From: Bilabrum cf. latius | Lineage: Eukaryota | Assembly: GCA_965178125.1 (NCBI GenBank) | Contig: OZ237751.1 | Coordinates: forward strand, 124,001 to 188,000 | Direction of reading: 5' to 3' | Length of the DNA: 64,000 nucleotides | Program-made: the position numbers and the translations under genes | Part shown: positions 36,151 through 48,855 of the stretch, one piece after another | Position numbering within the stretch: position 1 is the first letter of the stretch | Layout of the letters: the number at the start of each line of letters is the position of its first letter | The notes under the pieces: generated by a model | What the model saw: the letters and a program-made list of their open reading frames with translations, nothing else | What the model was told of the DNA's origin: nothing | The model's database searches: none

Positions 36151-39100
36151 TCAGCCAACCCCGCCGTCACGGTGACCTGCCGGATCACCCGCGCCGTCCC
36201 CACCGCTGGCACTGGCACCCTCCCCACCGCTGGCACTGGCACCCTCCCCACCGCTGGCACTGGCACCCTCCCCACCGCTGGCACTGGCACCCTCCCCACC
36301 GCTGCCACTGGCACCCTCCCCACCGCTGCCACTGGCACCCTCCCCACCGCTGCCACTGGCACCCTCCCCACCGCTGGCACTGGCACCCTCCCCACCGCTG
36401 CCACTGGCACCCTCCCCACCGCTGGCACTGGCACCCTCCCCACCGCTGGCACTGGCACCCTCCCCACCGCTGGCACTGGCACCCTCCCCACCGCTGCCAC
36501 TGGCACCCTCCCCACCGCTGGCACTGGCACCCTCCCCACCGCTGCCACTGGCACCCTCCCCACCGCTGCCACTGGCACCCTCCCCACCGCTGCCACTGGC
36601 ACCCTCCCCACCGCTGCCACTGGCACCCTCCCCACCGCTGCCACTGGCACCCTCCCCACCGCTGGCACTGGCACCCTCCCCACCGCTGCCACTGGCACCC
36701 TCCCCACCGCTGGCACTGGCACCCTCCCCACCGCTGGCACTGGCACCCTCCCCACCGCTGCCACTGGCACCCTCCCCACCGCTGGCACTGGCACCCTCCC
36801 CACCGCTGCCACTGGCACCCTCCCCACCGCTGCCACTGGCACCCTCCCCACCGCTGCCACTGGCACCCTCCCCACCGCTGCCACTGGCACCCTCCCCACC
36901 GCTGCCACTGGCACCCTCCCCACCGCTGCCACTGGCACCCTCCCCACCGCTGCCACTGGCACCCTCCCCACCGCTGCCACTGGCACCCTCCCTGCCCTTC
37001 TCGCTCCCCCTCTCATCAGTAGTAATTCTCGCACGGATATTCTCGATGGCCGCCATGCACTCAACAGTCAGCTGGTGCTCTTCCCCCAGCTGCTTGACCA
37101 GGATTTCCCTGCTCTGCTCGTGAAGCTCCAACGCCTCTTTGGCCCTGCCCATCTCTGCCATGCACTGCGCTTCAAAGCCGAGAGCCGTGGCGTAGCTCCG
37201 GTGGTCCGTCCCCAACGCCCTCGCCCTCACACTGGTGCACTCCCTGAAGGAATCCAGAGCCTCCTGCAGCCTTCCCAAGCTCTACATGCACCTGGCGATG
37301 TTCCCGATCGACACAGCATAGTCTGGGTGCTCCTTCCCCAGGAGCCTTCCCCGGACATCCTTGCACTTGCTGTGTAGCTTCAGCGCCTCCTCGGTCCTTC
37401 CCACCTTGTCCATTACGTAAGCCACGTTGTTGAGAGTGTTTATGTAGCTCAAGTTTTCCTCTCCGGCCGTGTCCTTCTGCACCTGGGCGCACTCCTCCAG
37501 CACAGCCAGTGCCTCAGGCATCTTGCCCATAGAACCCAGGCAGAACGCCATGTTGTTCAGCGATGTGAGGTAGTCTGGATGCTTCGTTCCCAATACGCGT
37601 GCCTGCTCCTCTTTACACCTAGAAAACATGCCCAGTGCCTCTTTAAGCCTGCCTAATCCTGCGAAGCAGCTTGCTATGTTGCCCATAGCCATGATGGTGT
37701 CTGGATGGCAGTCGCCTAATGCCGTGGCACGGATCCTCTTGCACTACTGGAACATGGCAAGAGCCTCGGAACTCCGACCCATATCCTCCAGACAACTGGC
37801 AAGATTGTTGAGGGTTGCGGCATAGCTAGGGTGCGAGTCGCCCACGATCCGATGCCTCGTGTCCCTGCACTGCTGGTACAGCTCCAGCGCCTCATCGTAC
37901 TTGCCCATTGACTGCAGGCAGCTCGCCATGTTGCTCAGCTGCAACACATAACTCGGATGCTCCTCGCCGAGCACGCGAGCCGCAGTGTCCTTGCACTGCT
38001 TCCATATCTCCAGGGCTTCTGGCAGCCTGCCCATGTCGCTTAGGCAGCCGGCGATGCTGCCCAGCGTCGAGAGGCCGCCCGGGTGATCCTCGCCCAACGC
38101 CCGCAATTCGATCTGCCTGCACTCCTTAAGCAACTCCAGAGCCTCCTTCCGACGTCCCAAGCCGCCCATTACGATCGCAATATTGCTCATGCTGGTAATC
38201 GTGTCTGGGTGCTCCTTCCCGAGCAATCGGGCCCTTGCATCCCTGCACCTCTCGTGCACCTCGAGAGCCTCTTGCATCCTGCCCATAGCGGACAGACAGC
38301 TTGCCATGTTATTGAGCGTTGACAGGCGCTCGGGATTGTCTTTACCTACGGCCCGTCGCTGGAGATCATCGCATCGCTTGAACACATCAAGGGCCTCCTC
38401 AAGCCGCCCCAAGCCCTACAGTGCGCTTGCCATGTGACTTAACGACTTGCCCTCCTCGCCACTTGACGCATACCCCGCAAATTCGCCGCCTTGTTGCCTG
38501 GAATGAAGTGGCTAGAGTGCTGCCAGTGCAAGACTACTCAATTCTAGCCGCAAAAAAGCGGTTCCAACCCTGGAAAGCAGCCGCGACCCGCGCCCAGTTC
38601 TGCCCGCACCGGAGGCGTGCAGTTCTCGCAGTCCCCACGAACCAGCTCGAGCCACTGCTCGGATTGCCAGAGACCGGTACTCTGCTCCGTGTTCTCCGAC
38701 TGCTCCAATGGCGAGAAGTAGTTCTGCTTCGCGAGTCCCTCCGACTCGCTGTACGTGCGCCAGTTCTCGTAGCAGCCCTCGGATGCTCCTCCGCCCACGA
38801 GCCCAGTCCGTCTTCCCGTCATCCCTCCGACTCGTCAGCCCGGCTCCCATGGCCTCCATCACGCCCATGGCATTGACTATCCCATTTGAACGCGAGCTGT
38901 CTGCAGTTGCGGCGTGCTGCCATGGCTCGGCTGCTTTGAATCCATCAGCGTGATGCACATCCAGCAGGGCACCCTTGGCGGCGAAGGACCGGGCAGCGCA
39001 CACAGCCGTCGCAATCTCGACGCACGGGACTGCGGCAAGTTTTGCTGCATCTTTCACACAGCGCCTGAGCGCAACTCCGCTTGGCGTACCCATAGATGGC

Positions 39101-42100
39101 AGACAGCACGCCCACCACGCCGCCTGCGGTACTCGAGCCGAGCAGGCCGGCTCGCTTGCAGCTTTAGCCTAGGATGGCTCTAGTGCCGCAGTAGCAGCCG
39201 TTGCCCTGGCATCACGCTCAGCATAGGCATGTACCTGCCCGGTGTGGCGCAAACAAAGACCCCTTTCCCGAAGCAACCTCTTCGCCCCTCGTCGCATATC
39301 CTCTGTGCTACATGGCTCGTGCTCGCCGGCCATGGCCGCAGCAAGAGCCGCGCCTGCCTCTCGCAGCCTATCCGGGGACTGCAGAGCACCAGTGGTCCGT
39401 CGCAAGTCATCCTTCATGCTGCCATCGGGGTCTTTTCCCTGCATGAAGACGCAATCGGGGCTGACCTTGGGCAAGTCTAGCCCACGAGCCACCCGGGCTG
39501 CCTCTGGGGGCATCATGCAGGTGAGCAGGCACTTGCTACCGAAGTACCACCGCGGGCACGACACTACAGCTATCAGTCTACGACCGTCTTTCAGTTGGGA
39601 CTGCAGCAGCACACAACCAGTGCCCATATGCCGCGACACAGAAACGAGCGAATCGCCGTCCGACAAGGCCCCTCCTTCAACGCACACCTTCAGCACGGCG
39701 GCTTCCAGGTTCTATCCGAATTGCTCGTGTCTCGCGAGCGGCTTCCCAGCGACTACGAGCTCACGCGCGCTCGACCCGGTCTTGAGATCTGCCAAGACTC
39801 GAACGGCCCAGACCCTTGGGAGGCCTTCGATGGCTTTTCTGTGGCACATGCGCTCGATCCAGTGCAGGTCCGGCATGAGCAGTCTGTGCGTGTCCACCAC
39901 CACCCTCTCCCCACTTGGCAGCTGGTGCACTTCCACGTCGAATGGGAGTGGATGAAGCACGGGCTCGTCAAAGGGATGCTGCTAGACTTGGTGCGTATCA
40001 CGCGGGTCCCCTACCGTGGACTCAAGGCACGCCCCACATTCAGCAATCACTTCCTCGACGTCGTTCTCGTCATCAGCGCGGTGCTTGCTCAGCCTACCCT
40101 TCTCCTGGTCGACCGGCTCCGCCCGATCCACCGTTGTCAACTCCATAAAATCAATGGATCCGCGTGCACCGGTTCTGATTGCACCGCCGGCAAGAGCATG
40201 CCCTGCCAGTGCACTGGATCCATCCAGACCATGCTGTCGCACCGTGTCGCCAGGATACGAATGCCGCATCAGGAAGGATGGACCGCGCGCGTGCCACTTG
40301 AGCCGAATGGGGGCGATGTGGAAGTGCTCGGCGATGGGCAGCAGCACGTCATCCTTCTGCTCTTCGTCCACATGCAGGGTCTGCGCGCCGTCGGGTGACC
40401 CTACTCTAGAGTCTGCTGGCTCAATGGCAGCTTCGACTGCACTAGCACCCGCTGCACCTGATGCAAGCCTGCAGGTTGCCTGTCCGCGTATGGCACGTCT
40501 ACGACCGTTGTCAGCACGGCGCTGGCATGCAACGAATCCATCACATGAACCCACCGGGACGCCTTCGCCTCCAGCTTCATGACCTTGGCCGCCATGACCT
40601 CGCTGCCGTACAAGCCCTTAGGATCAGGAGTTTTTAGGAAGAGGCCTTGACCTTCGTGGATCAGCTTGGCGCCACCTGCCACGCCTCCTGCGTTTACCCT
40701 GACGAGACCTTTCGCTTCCCCATCTCTGTCGCCCTGACCTTGGGCCAGCTGCATCACGACAGGCACGCGGCGACCGATCGATCTCGCGGCCACCACAAAG
40801 TCCCTTCCGACCTTTGCAATTGCCTCCCGTCGCTCTCTCTCGTCGTGGATGGTCAACGCTACCTGCCGCTTCGCTCGGTTGAAAGCGGACTGCGGGTTGC
40901 CGCTGTCCTCGTCGTTCTCCTCGACGGCTACAGACGGAGGCGCTGGTGATTTGCTGGAAGCATGGAGGCCCCGAGCCCCACCTATTGGTGAGGAATCGAT
41001 CGGGCTGCCTTGTTTCACTGCTTCGACAGCGGCGCTCCCGGCCTTCTGCACCCCTCCCGCGAGGGCGATCGTTCCCGTCTCTGCACCAAATCTCCCTCCC
41101 AAGCAGCTCAGTAACTCGCGTAGCAAGGTGCTAGGGACCGTCACGTTCCATGGCTGATTTCAGGTACTCTTGCAACCCCTCGACTTCCAGAACGGCTCGC
41201 TTCGCATCCTCACTACCTTGTACACACGTTGCCAAGGCCTACAGCAGCAGTGTATCTGTTGAGGCACCCTCGAAGTAACGCGATTCGCCGGGACTTTTGA
41301 TCGCCGCTTGGTGCGCAGCCATTCCGTCCTTCTGCGGCGCTTCTGTTCCTACCGCTGGTGCCGTCTCACCGCCTGTCATTGGCTCAAGACGGCTAGTACC
41401 AGCGGCAGCACCAGCAGCGACAACACCAGTCCGACCCTCAGCAACACTGCCTCTGCCAGTGGAGGCAGCAAGAGCACGCGCAGCTGCTACAGCCAGCCCC
41501 GGTCTGGATATTGGAACGCTTTCACCTTCAGCACCCGCTTCCATAGGACGGGTACTGTCAGTCTTCTCACTGGCAGTTGAACTGCTTTCGCCGGCGGCCT
41601 GCGAAGCGCCGGCCACGAAGAGCGACCACACAATCGCGCATACCGCCCGCGCACCGGCTACACCAAAGGTCGAACGCGGCCCACAGCTACGGAGTAGATC
41701 TACTGCAGCGTCCATGATTTGCAACATAGTCTTCTCTCGAGCTTCACTGCTGTCGGCACTGGCTGCCAGTGTAGCCTCTCCTGTTCCAGCACGCGGCGGG
41801 GCTGGCTCATAGCCCCGGGATTCGACAGTGTCCTTGCTGTCGCTACCAGTATTCCATGCTATTTCATCTAGTACTGGCGTGTAGTAGGTGCTCACTCGGG
41901 CCCTCGAGTCTTCTGCTGATGCTACAGCGGGATGCACGATCAAGATTGTGGAGCATAGGTCAAGCGCAGCCGCTTTGTGAGAGGCAGGAACTCCAGGGCT
42001 CCCAAGAACCCTCACAGCATGTGTAAGGATACTCTTTGTGTGCTAGCAAGCCCCAGCACTTGTCTGGGAATGGCAGTAGAAGGCAGTCATAGATTCCAGC

Positions 42101-42303
42101 TGGGAGACCGACAGCAAAGCTCCGTCTAAATCTGCCGCGAGGCGGGCGCATACCGAGCCAGCTGCAGCGTAAGATTGCCTATAAACGTCTACTAGGGGCT
42201 CTACTTCATTCGTGTCATCCACAGCTGGTAGCAGCGCGGAGCATTCGCGGTCAAGCACCACCAGAGGTCCTTTTTCTGAGCACTGTTGCAGCTTGGTGGG
42301 CAT
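36151..42303 (-). CDS. CLU-domain plus kinesin-light-chain-type TPR protein with a Gly/Ser/Glu repeat tail; two frame discontinuities
   Basis: [39 protein letters not shown] and [14 protein letters not shown] are CLU-like. About 11 42-aa TPRs (LG.EHP...L.N.A.C...MG...EAL). Nine or more in-frame TAGs. Frame changes near 41090 and 40401. Ends TGA. Confidence 0.65.
36198..36989. repeat. Coding minisatellite, 33 x 24 bp, encoding GEGAS(G/A)SG
   Basis: Unit ccccaccgctg(g/c)cactggcaccct in two variants differing at one base. Confidence 0.95.
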
Positions 42304-42492
42304 CCAAAGGGAGTACGCATTCGCTTTCTATCGTGAATGATGGCATGATGTGAATCGTGACTCGCTGCTGTTTGCGTACTGCCTTTGGATCCGGTTGTAC
42401 TGTGCTATCCGGAAGTAGCACGGAAAGTGGACCGTGACCGCTTGGGTCCTATTCAAAAGGTCAAGTGCCGCGTTGTGTATCTTTACGATTCC

Positions 42493-45400
42493 TCATCTCA
42501 TGTGTCCTTCAAACCCTCGCCTCGTGTCACCTCGCAGCTCCCCCGCGTCCCTGCGACGGGCCTGCGGCGAGACGCTCTCCACTGCCATGCCCTCCTCACC
42601 TAAGCCACCCCGTCTATCCCCACCGCCCCTTGCACCCGAGGCACTGCGAGCGCCAGACCCCCCAGCCGGACCGGCACCGGCAGGACCGAAACCACTGCCG
42701 CCCGCCACCCGCCCCGCCCCTCCAACCCTGCTGCTCTCGTCCCCCGCCCAGGCCTCCCGCTGCCCATCGTGACCCCGCGTCCGAGCTGAGGCCTAGCCGG
42801 AGCCCAGGAGCAGCTGCCCCCCCTTGGACCGAATCCCAGTGCTGCTGGCGATGAGCCCGCCCTTGCCCTTGCCCTGCACCCTCCCACCACCCTGACCCCG
42901 ACCCTATCCGTCGCTCCCGACACCCTCTATCTTCCCGTCGCTGCCCCGCTCCGCCAGCACCTTGAACCCGTCCTCCTCGTCCTGCAGAAGCAGCTCCTCC
43001 GCCGCTTTGCCCACCTTGTCCGAACCGCCCGCTGACGGATCCCCCGCCGCCCCCCGCGTGTCCTCCAGCACGCGAGCGAACCTCCCCAGATCCGCACCCG
43101 CCGACATGCTCGCCTCGAAGATACGCCGGCACGCCCTGCGGAACTGCTGCACCTCCCTGTCGATGTCCGACGCGAGGGCACCCACACTCGTCATGCCCTG
43201 CGCCGACCCAGCGCCCCGCCCCGCAGCCAGCCCCCGCAGCGCCTCGCAGTCCGTGGCCACCTGCTGCCCCATCTCGTCGGACAGGCGCAGCAGCTGCCTC
43301 CCCAGCCAGAGCACGCCCCTCTGGTGCGCCAGCAGCCTGGCCCGCCTCGCCGCCTGCGCGTCCACCGAGGTCTCTTTGCTCTCGCTGGCCTCGTGCTCCG
43401 CCAGCGAGGCACGCTCCTCGGCGTCCTGCAGCTTGCGGGACAGCTCGTCCACCGCCGCCATGGCAGCCTCCATGAGCGCGGCGTGTTCCCTGGCCGCGCT
43501 CCAGCTGGGAGGTTTCCCCGCCCCGCCTGAGGCAGCCGCCGGGAAGTTCCTCGTCCACTGGGGCGCCCATCCGTATCCCGGATTGCCCCCCGGCAGCCCC
43601 TCCTGCGCCCCCAAAGGGAGGTGCGTCTCACGGTCCGGCGACTCGTCCACGCTGCGGCGCCGCCCTGCGGAACCGGGGCGGCTCCCACTGAAATGCACCA
43701 GGGCCCCGCCGCCGCTGCCCCCGCGACGGCCAGAGGAAACCGCCCTTCCCCTGTCCACGGATCCCGACCGACCCCTGGGGGAATCCCCGTGCTGCTGTCC
43801 CCACCCGGGGGGCGGGGCCAGGGAGTCCACCAGCCCCGATTTGAGCAGCCCCTCGGCACCCGCCCCCCGGCCGCTCCTGCCCCTCCCCGCGCTCCTGGCC
43901 CTGCCCGTCCGACTGCCCTCTCGACCGGCCTGCAGGCCGTACGCTGCCTCCAGCAACGCCTTCCTCCTCCGGTCTGCGGCACCCTTGCCCTGTGCCTGCC
44001 CCTTGCCCCCCGCCCGCAGCCTCGCGTGCAGCCGAGAAATCACCGAGGCCTGCAGCACCTCCCTGTACGGGGTCTGGTGCTTGACCCTCCTCCTTAGCCT
44101 GTCCAGCTCGTCCCTGACCCCGGCCCTGACCTTCTTGATCTCCTTCTGGCTCCGCTTGTGCCACACCTTGTTCAGTCCCTGCAGCAGCCCCTGCACCTCC
44201 TCCGCGGGCACGCGCATGAGGTGCCTCTTGCGGAAGGACACCATCTGCCGCAGGGCCTCCGATGGCACCCACAGCGAGGCCTCCTCCCTCCCCCCCCGCG
44301 CGGGGAGGTCCCCCTCCCGCAGCTCCTCCCGGTACTCTTGCTGCATGCCCTCCAGGGCTGCGAACCCACCACCTCCCTCCCCTTCGTCGTCCTCGTCCTC
44401 GTCCTTGTCCCCGCGGCGCATGGGCCCGCCGCCCAGGTATTGGTCGGCCGCAGCACCCCCGGCCCTCGGCACCTAGCCCAGGTAGCTGGACCGAAGCTTG
44501 CCGCCGGAACTCCCCCCTGCAGCAGCCGCAGCCGCATGCAGCCCGAACTTGGACATCGCGAACTGGCGGTACTCGTTCGTGCTCGCGAGCAGCCGCACCA
44601 GCCTGGCGTTGTCCCTCTTCAGGTGGGCCACCTGGGCGCGGTACATACCCTCCTGGGCCGCCACGGCGCCCAGCTGGTTGGACCGATGTTCCGCTTCCTC
44701 TGCGCGGCGCCCCGCCGCCTCGGCCGCCCCCGCGGCCTCCACGAGCCCCTGCTCCAGCCTCCTCACCTGCTCCACCGCGTCTTCCCTCTCCTCCCGCAGC
44801 CGCGCCACCTCCACCTGCGCCTCTGCCAGCCGGTGCCCCTGCCCAGCGGTGGCCTCGCGCTCGCTCTCCCGCGCCTCTTGCACGCCCGCCAGCTGCTCCT
44901 GCAGCTCCTGTACCTTGGCCTCCAGCTCCTCCACGTCGTGCGCCAGCCGCTTGGAGACCGCGGACCTCTCTTCCACCACCCTGTAGCTCTCGTCCAGCCG
45001 CGTGATGGCCTCTCGGTGCTGGGCCCTCAGCTTGCCGTTGTGCTGCCGAGACTCCTCCAGCTGCAGCTCCAGGAATCGCACGCGATCCTGCAGCTGCAGC
45101 TGGTCCGCCACTCGGCTGCCCCTCGCAGACGAGGCGGTGAGCGCCAGCGCCGCGGCCTCCTCGGCCTCTCCCTCTCGCCGCGAGCGATCCTCCGCGGCGT
45201 CGCGCAGGATGCGGGCCTTGAGGCGGATCACCTCGCGCTTGGAACCTTTCAGCTCCGACTTGGCTCGTCTCCACATGGACCCCAGCCGGGCGATCTCGTC
45301 CGCGTCCAGCGAATCGCGCATGCCGCTGAGATTCACGTAGCCCTCGTCGTCGCTATCGTCGTCTCGCTTGCCGTGGGTAGCGGAGCCTCGGGAGCGGCTG

Positions 45401-45525
45401 CTGCCTCGCTACGGGGACGGCTTTCCAGAACTACGACCTGCGGGAGATTCTCCCCGGGATCGACCAGCGTACTAGCCAAAGACCTCGTTGAGCGTGTTCA
45501 TCACGTCGCCGCCTTTGCCCTCCAT
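42493..45525 (-). CDS. Uncharacterised long coiled-coil protein, possibly basal body/centrosomal
   Basis: Single frame from ATG 45525 with 5 in-frame TAGs (including 44473 and 42904) to TGA 42493. Heptad-rich, with LKRDNARLVRLLAST and WVP..LNKVW..PYREVLQ blocks. Confidence 0.65.
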
Positions 45526-45777
45526 ACTCTCGCGGCGGGCCCTTCGGCCGCGGGATCCTGACATCGGAAGGCGCGCTTTTTATTTGATTGGCACAAAACT
45601 TGCGCCTGCCGCTCGAGCAGCGCCGAATTTGAACCGCAGCAGATGGGTCGGGTCTCGCGCGAGCCCTTGCGACCGCCGGTGCACCCCAACGGCAACTTCT
45701 CGGCAGTTGCGACCGCCGCTCGGTTCGGCTGATGAAAACACGAAGGCCAGTGCTTCGTTTCGACGCGCAGCACAGGC

Positions 45778-46695
45778 ATGCCACTCACATAGAGCGAAAT
45801 TGATGGGTGAGGGATTTGGCTCCGCTGCGAAGGGCGCGAGCGATGCATGTGTCCGAGGCAGCAGAGATTCGCGGTGCAACGGACCTCAGGCCAGGTTTCT
45901 ACCATCGAGCCTTTGATCTCTCATTATGCCCTTTTCTTCACGCAACGCAGGTGCAGGGAAGCATTTAGGTAAGCCGCACCGGACTGGCGTCGGGCAGCAC
46001 GAGTGCGACGGCTGGAAGCACTTTGATTTTTGAGAGACGTCCGCTGTGTGATCTTCGCTCGCAGGGTTTTCGATGCCGACGGGTCGGGCAGCATTGATGC
46101 AATGGAACTAAATGCCGTATTGGAGGCTCTTGGTCAGCGGGTGACCAGCGAGGAGCTCTTCTCCATGATTCACAGCGTGGAGCCTGGGTGCACCACCATT
46201 TCGTTTCCTGCTTTCCTCCGAATTATCGAGAAGCAGAAAGAGAGAGCTAGCAGGGTAGATGACTAGGCAGATTGTAAGCTCAAAGCGCCGTCGTGACCTA
46301 TTTTGCGCTCGGCGAGTGACCGCTTCGGTCGGTGGTGCGATTGTGGCCGGTGGTACAGCTTGCATCACACAAGCCGTTGCTTTTTACTCTGGCGCGATTC
46401 GATTTATTTCGCAGTATTGGATGCTTTCGTTGCTGTTGGGGGCAAGCCGGACGGCAGCGGCAGCGTGAAGCGAGAGGTGCTGGAGGACGTGATCAAGAAC
46501 CAGTTCGGGCTGAGCATCAACATCGGGGCGCTCATCGACCTCGTCGACGTGGACGGGTCTGGCGAGATCGAATTTTCGGAGTTCGTGGGACTGCTGACCG
46601 CCAAGCGAACAGTGCCGCCGGGCCCGCCGGACGGGGAGGAGGACGAGGACGGCGGGGGCGACGGAGCGGCTGCTGCCGGCGGTGCCGGCTCATGA
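45778..46695 (+). CDS. Calmodulin-like axonemal outer-arm dynein light chain (LC4-type, 18 kDa)
   Basis: Exons 45778-45806, 45951-45968, 46065-46273 and 46415-46695 give MPLT*SEIDGCREAFRVFDADGSGSIDAMEL..LGQ..EELFSMI..DD*ADLLDAFVAVGG..DVDGSGEIEFSEF. Ends TGA. Confidence 0.8.
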
Positions 46696-46837
46696 TTTGA
46701 ATAATGACCACCACAACTTTGATTGGTACGGCACTTGGATACAACTGCAGCTCGCACTCCTTCTTTCGAATGGCATAAATGATTCATGATTCATCCGTAC
46801 CTGTAGCAAGGCACGCCTGCTCCTTCCCAGCCATCGC

Positions 46838-48640
46838 TCACCGCGCCTTGGATTTCTTGCTCCGGGCGGCAGGGAACACGAGAGGAGTCTTCAGGACGAG
46901 ACACTTGGTCTTGACCCCGGCCTTCTCCCCCTGGGCCTCCCTGGCCCCCATCTGCGCGAACCTGGCCCGCATCACAGAGGCGGTGAATCCAAGTGCATCG
47001 GCGATGGACGGCAGCACGCCAACGGGGATGGCGAACTGGTACAGGTACAGCCAGCCCACCAGCAGGTGTGCATCGAGCCGGGCCTGGGCCTCCCTGTTCC
47101 TCTCCCAGCACACCTTAAACCTGCTCGACTTGTCCGAGTTCTTGCGCGTGAACTTGCGGAGCATGGCTGCCCCCGCGGCTTTGGGCAGCAGCCGCAGCTG
47201 CTTGATGGCCCTGGGGTCCCCTGCATCTGTGACGGGGTCTTCTCCTTCTTCATCCTTCTTCTCTTCGGCCTTGGGCTTGCCGCTGTCTGAGGAGGCGGCA
47301 GCAGAGGAGGAGGCGCTGCTGGCAGCGGATGATGAGGAGGAGGAAGACGAGGAGGAGGAAGAAGCCGGCGCTACCTCTGACTCTTGTTCCTTCGCCTCTG
47401 GCTTGGCACCACCCTCCTCTCCCTCTCCCTCTCCCTCCTGCTCCTGCTGCTGGGGGCGCTGCACTCGGCCCACCAGCATGCTGCCAGCCGATCGTATCCT
47501 CAGCGCCACGTCCAGGAACGCTAGCATCTTCGACTGCTCCCGCCTCGTCTTGCGGTCCGGGTTCAGGCCCGCGAGCTCCTGCAGGTAGTCGCGCACGTAC
47601 TTGTGCATGCCCACCGCGTGAGCCAGTGCGGCCACTCCCCGCTCCTCGGGTGCCCCCGCACCGCCGGCCGCGCCCCCGCTGGCCGCCTGTTTCCCCTCGG
47701 CCTGCAGCGCCTTGCCCAACCTGCCCGCGTACTCCCCCAGCGCCGCCTGCTCCTCGGCGGACAAGAGACCCTCTAAGGGGTATGCCTCCGCCGGGGTCTC
47801 CGCCTCCTGGTTGAACTTGGGGAACACGCGCCTGCGGAGCCCCATGGCTTGGTCCTCCTCCACGGACAGCACCTTGGTGGGGTCCCTCCCCTGCTTGGCT
47901 GCGCGGCGCCTCGCCTGCTCCAGCGGGTCGGAGGTCTTCGAGTCGTGCTTCACCTGGCTGAGCACGGCGCTGGCGCCCGCCACCTGAGTGTGGTCCACTC
48001 GACTGGCGGCCTTGGACCGGAGCTACTTCTGGTTCTTGGCGCTCCCGAAGGCCTCCGTCAGCAGCCGGTTCCGCTCCAGCTGCGCGGCGACGGTGGCGCT
48101 CCGGCCCTCGGCCTGCATGGCGGCGGCTGCCACCTGCGCGTCAACGCTCTGCTGGCCCGCGCGGTCGATGCGACCCTTTACGGACTGCTTGAGCGTAACA
48201 AGGTGGGGCGTGGGGTGCACCGTGACGGTCCGTGTCTTGGGGTCCACAACTGCAACTGCGTAGGTGCACCTCGACCTGCGCTCCCCGATACCCATCTGCG
48301 CGTCGCCACGATAGACTAACACCTAGTTCTCGGCATGGAGCTTTACAACCCTACGCTTCTTGCTGCCTCTAGCGCTTACCTTCGCCCGGGTTGCACCCAT
48401 GCCCATCGTCTTCCCGAGCACCTCCTCCGAATCGCTCTCGCTGTCGCTCGCGTCACTTCCTCCGTCGCTACCATCTTCCATCTCTTTTCTGCCTCTGCGC
48501 CTGCCAATTCTACTGTTGCCAGCTTCCAAACTGGCCATGGGGGGCATACCCTGGGGGAAAGTTGCGATCACTGGGGGCTCCTGTTCATCTTCGGCCGTGA
48601 CAACCTTAACTCGGAACGTTTTCCCGAACTGCTCGTTCAT
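46838..48640 (-). CDS. RPA49: RNA polymerase I subunit RPA49/PAF53
   Basis: PPVIATFPQG, YAVAVVDPKTRTV, LTEAFGSAKNQK*, FPKFNQEAETPAEAYPLEGLL and LVLKTPLVFP..KK. TAGs at 48323 and 48023; ends TGA. Confidence 0.8.
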
Positions 48641-48855
48641 GCCGAAGGTTATGAATCCAAACTATCTGCTGATAACAAATGCAAGCCGCCCAACTGCAGA
48701 AACAATCCAATATGGCCAACTTCTGAATGTGCCTTGAAAATGATTATTCCGTCGACCGAATCTGCACGCTACCCAAGTATCGCTTGCCGCTGCGTCACTA
48801 CACCAAGAGCGGCCTGTGAGTCACAGAAAAAGTTACACCATATCACAATAGAGCA

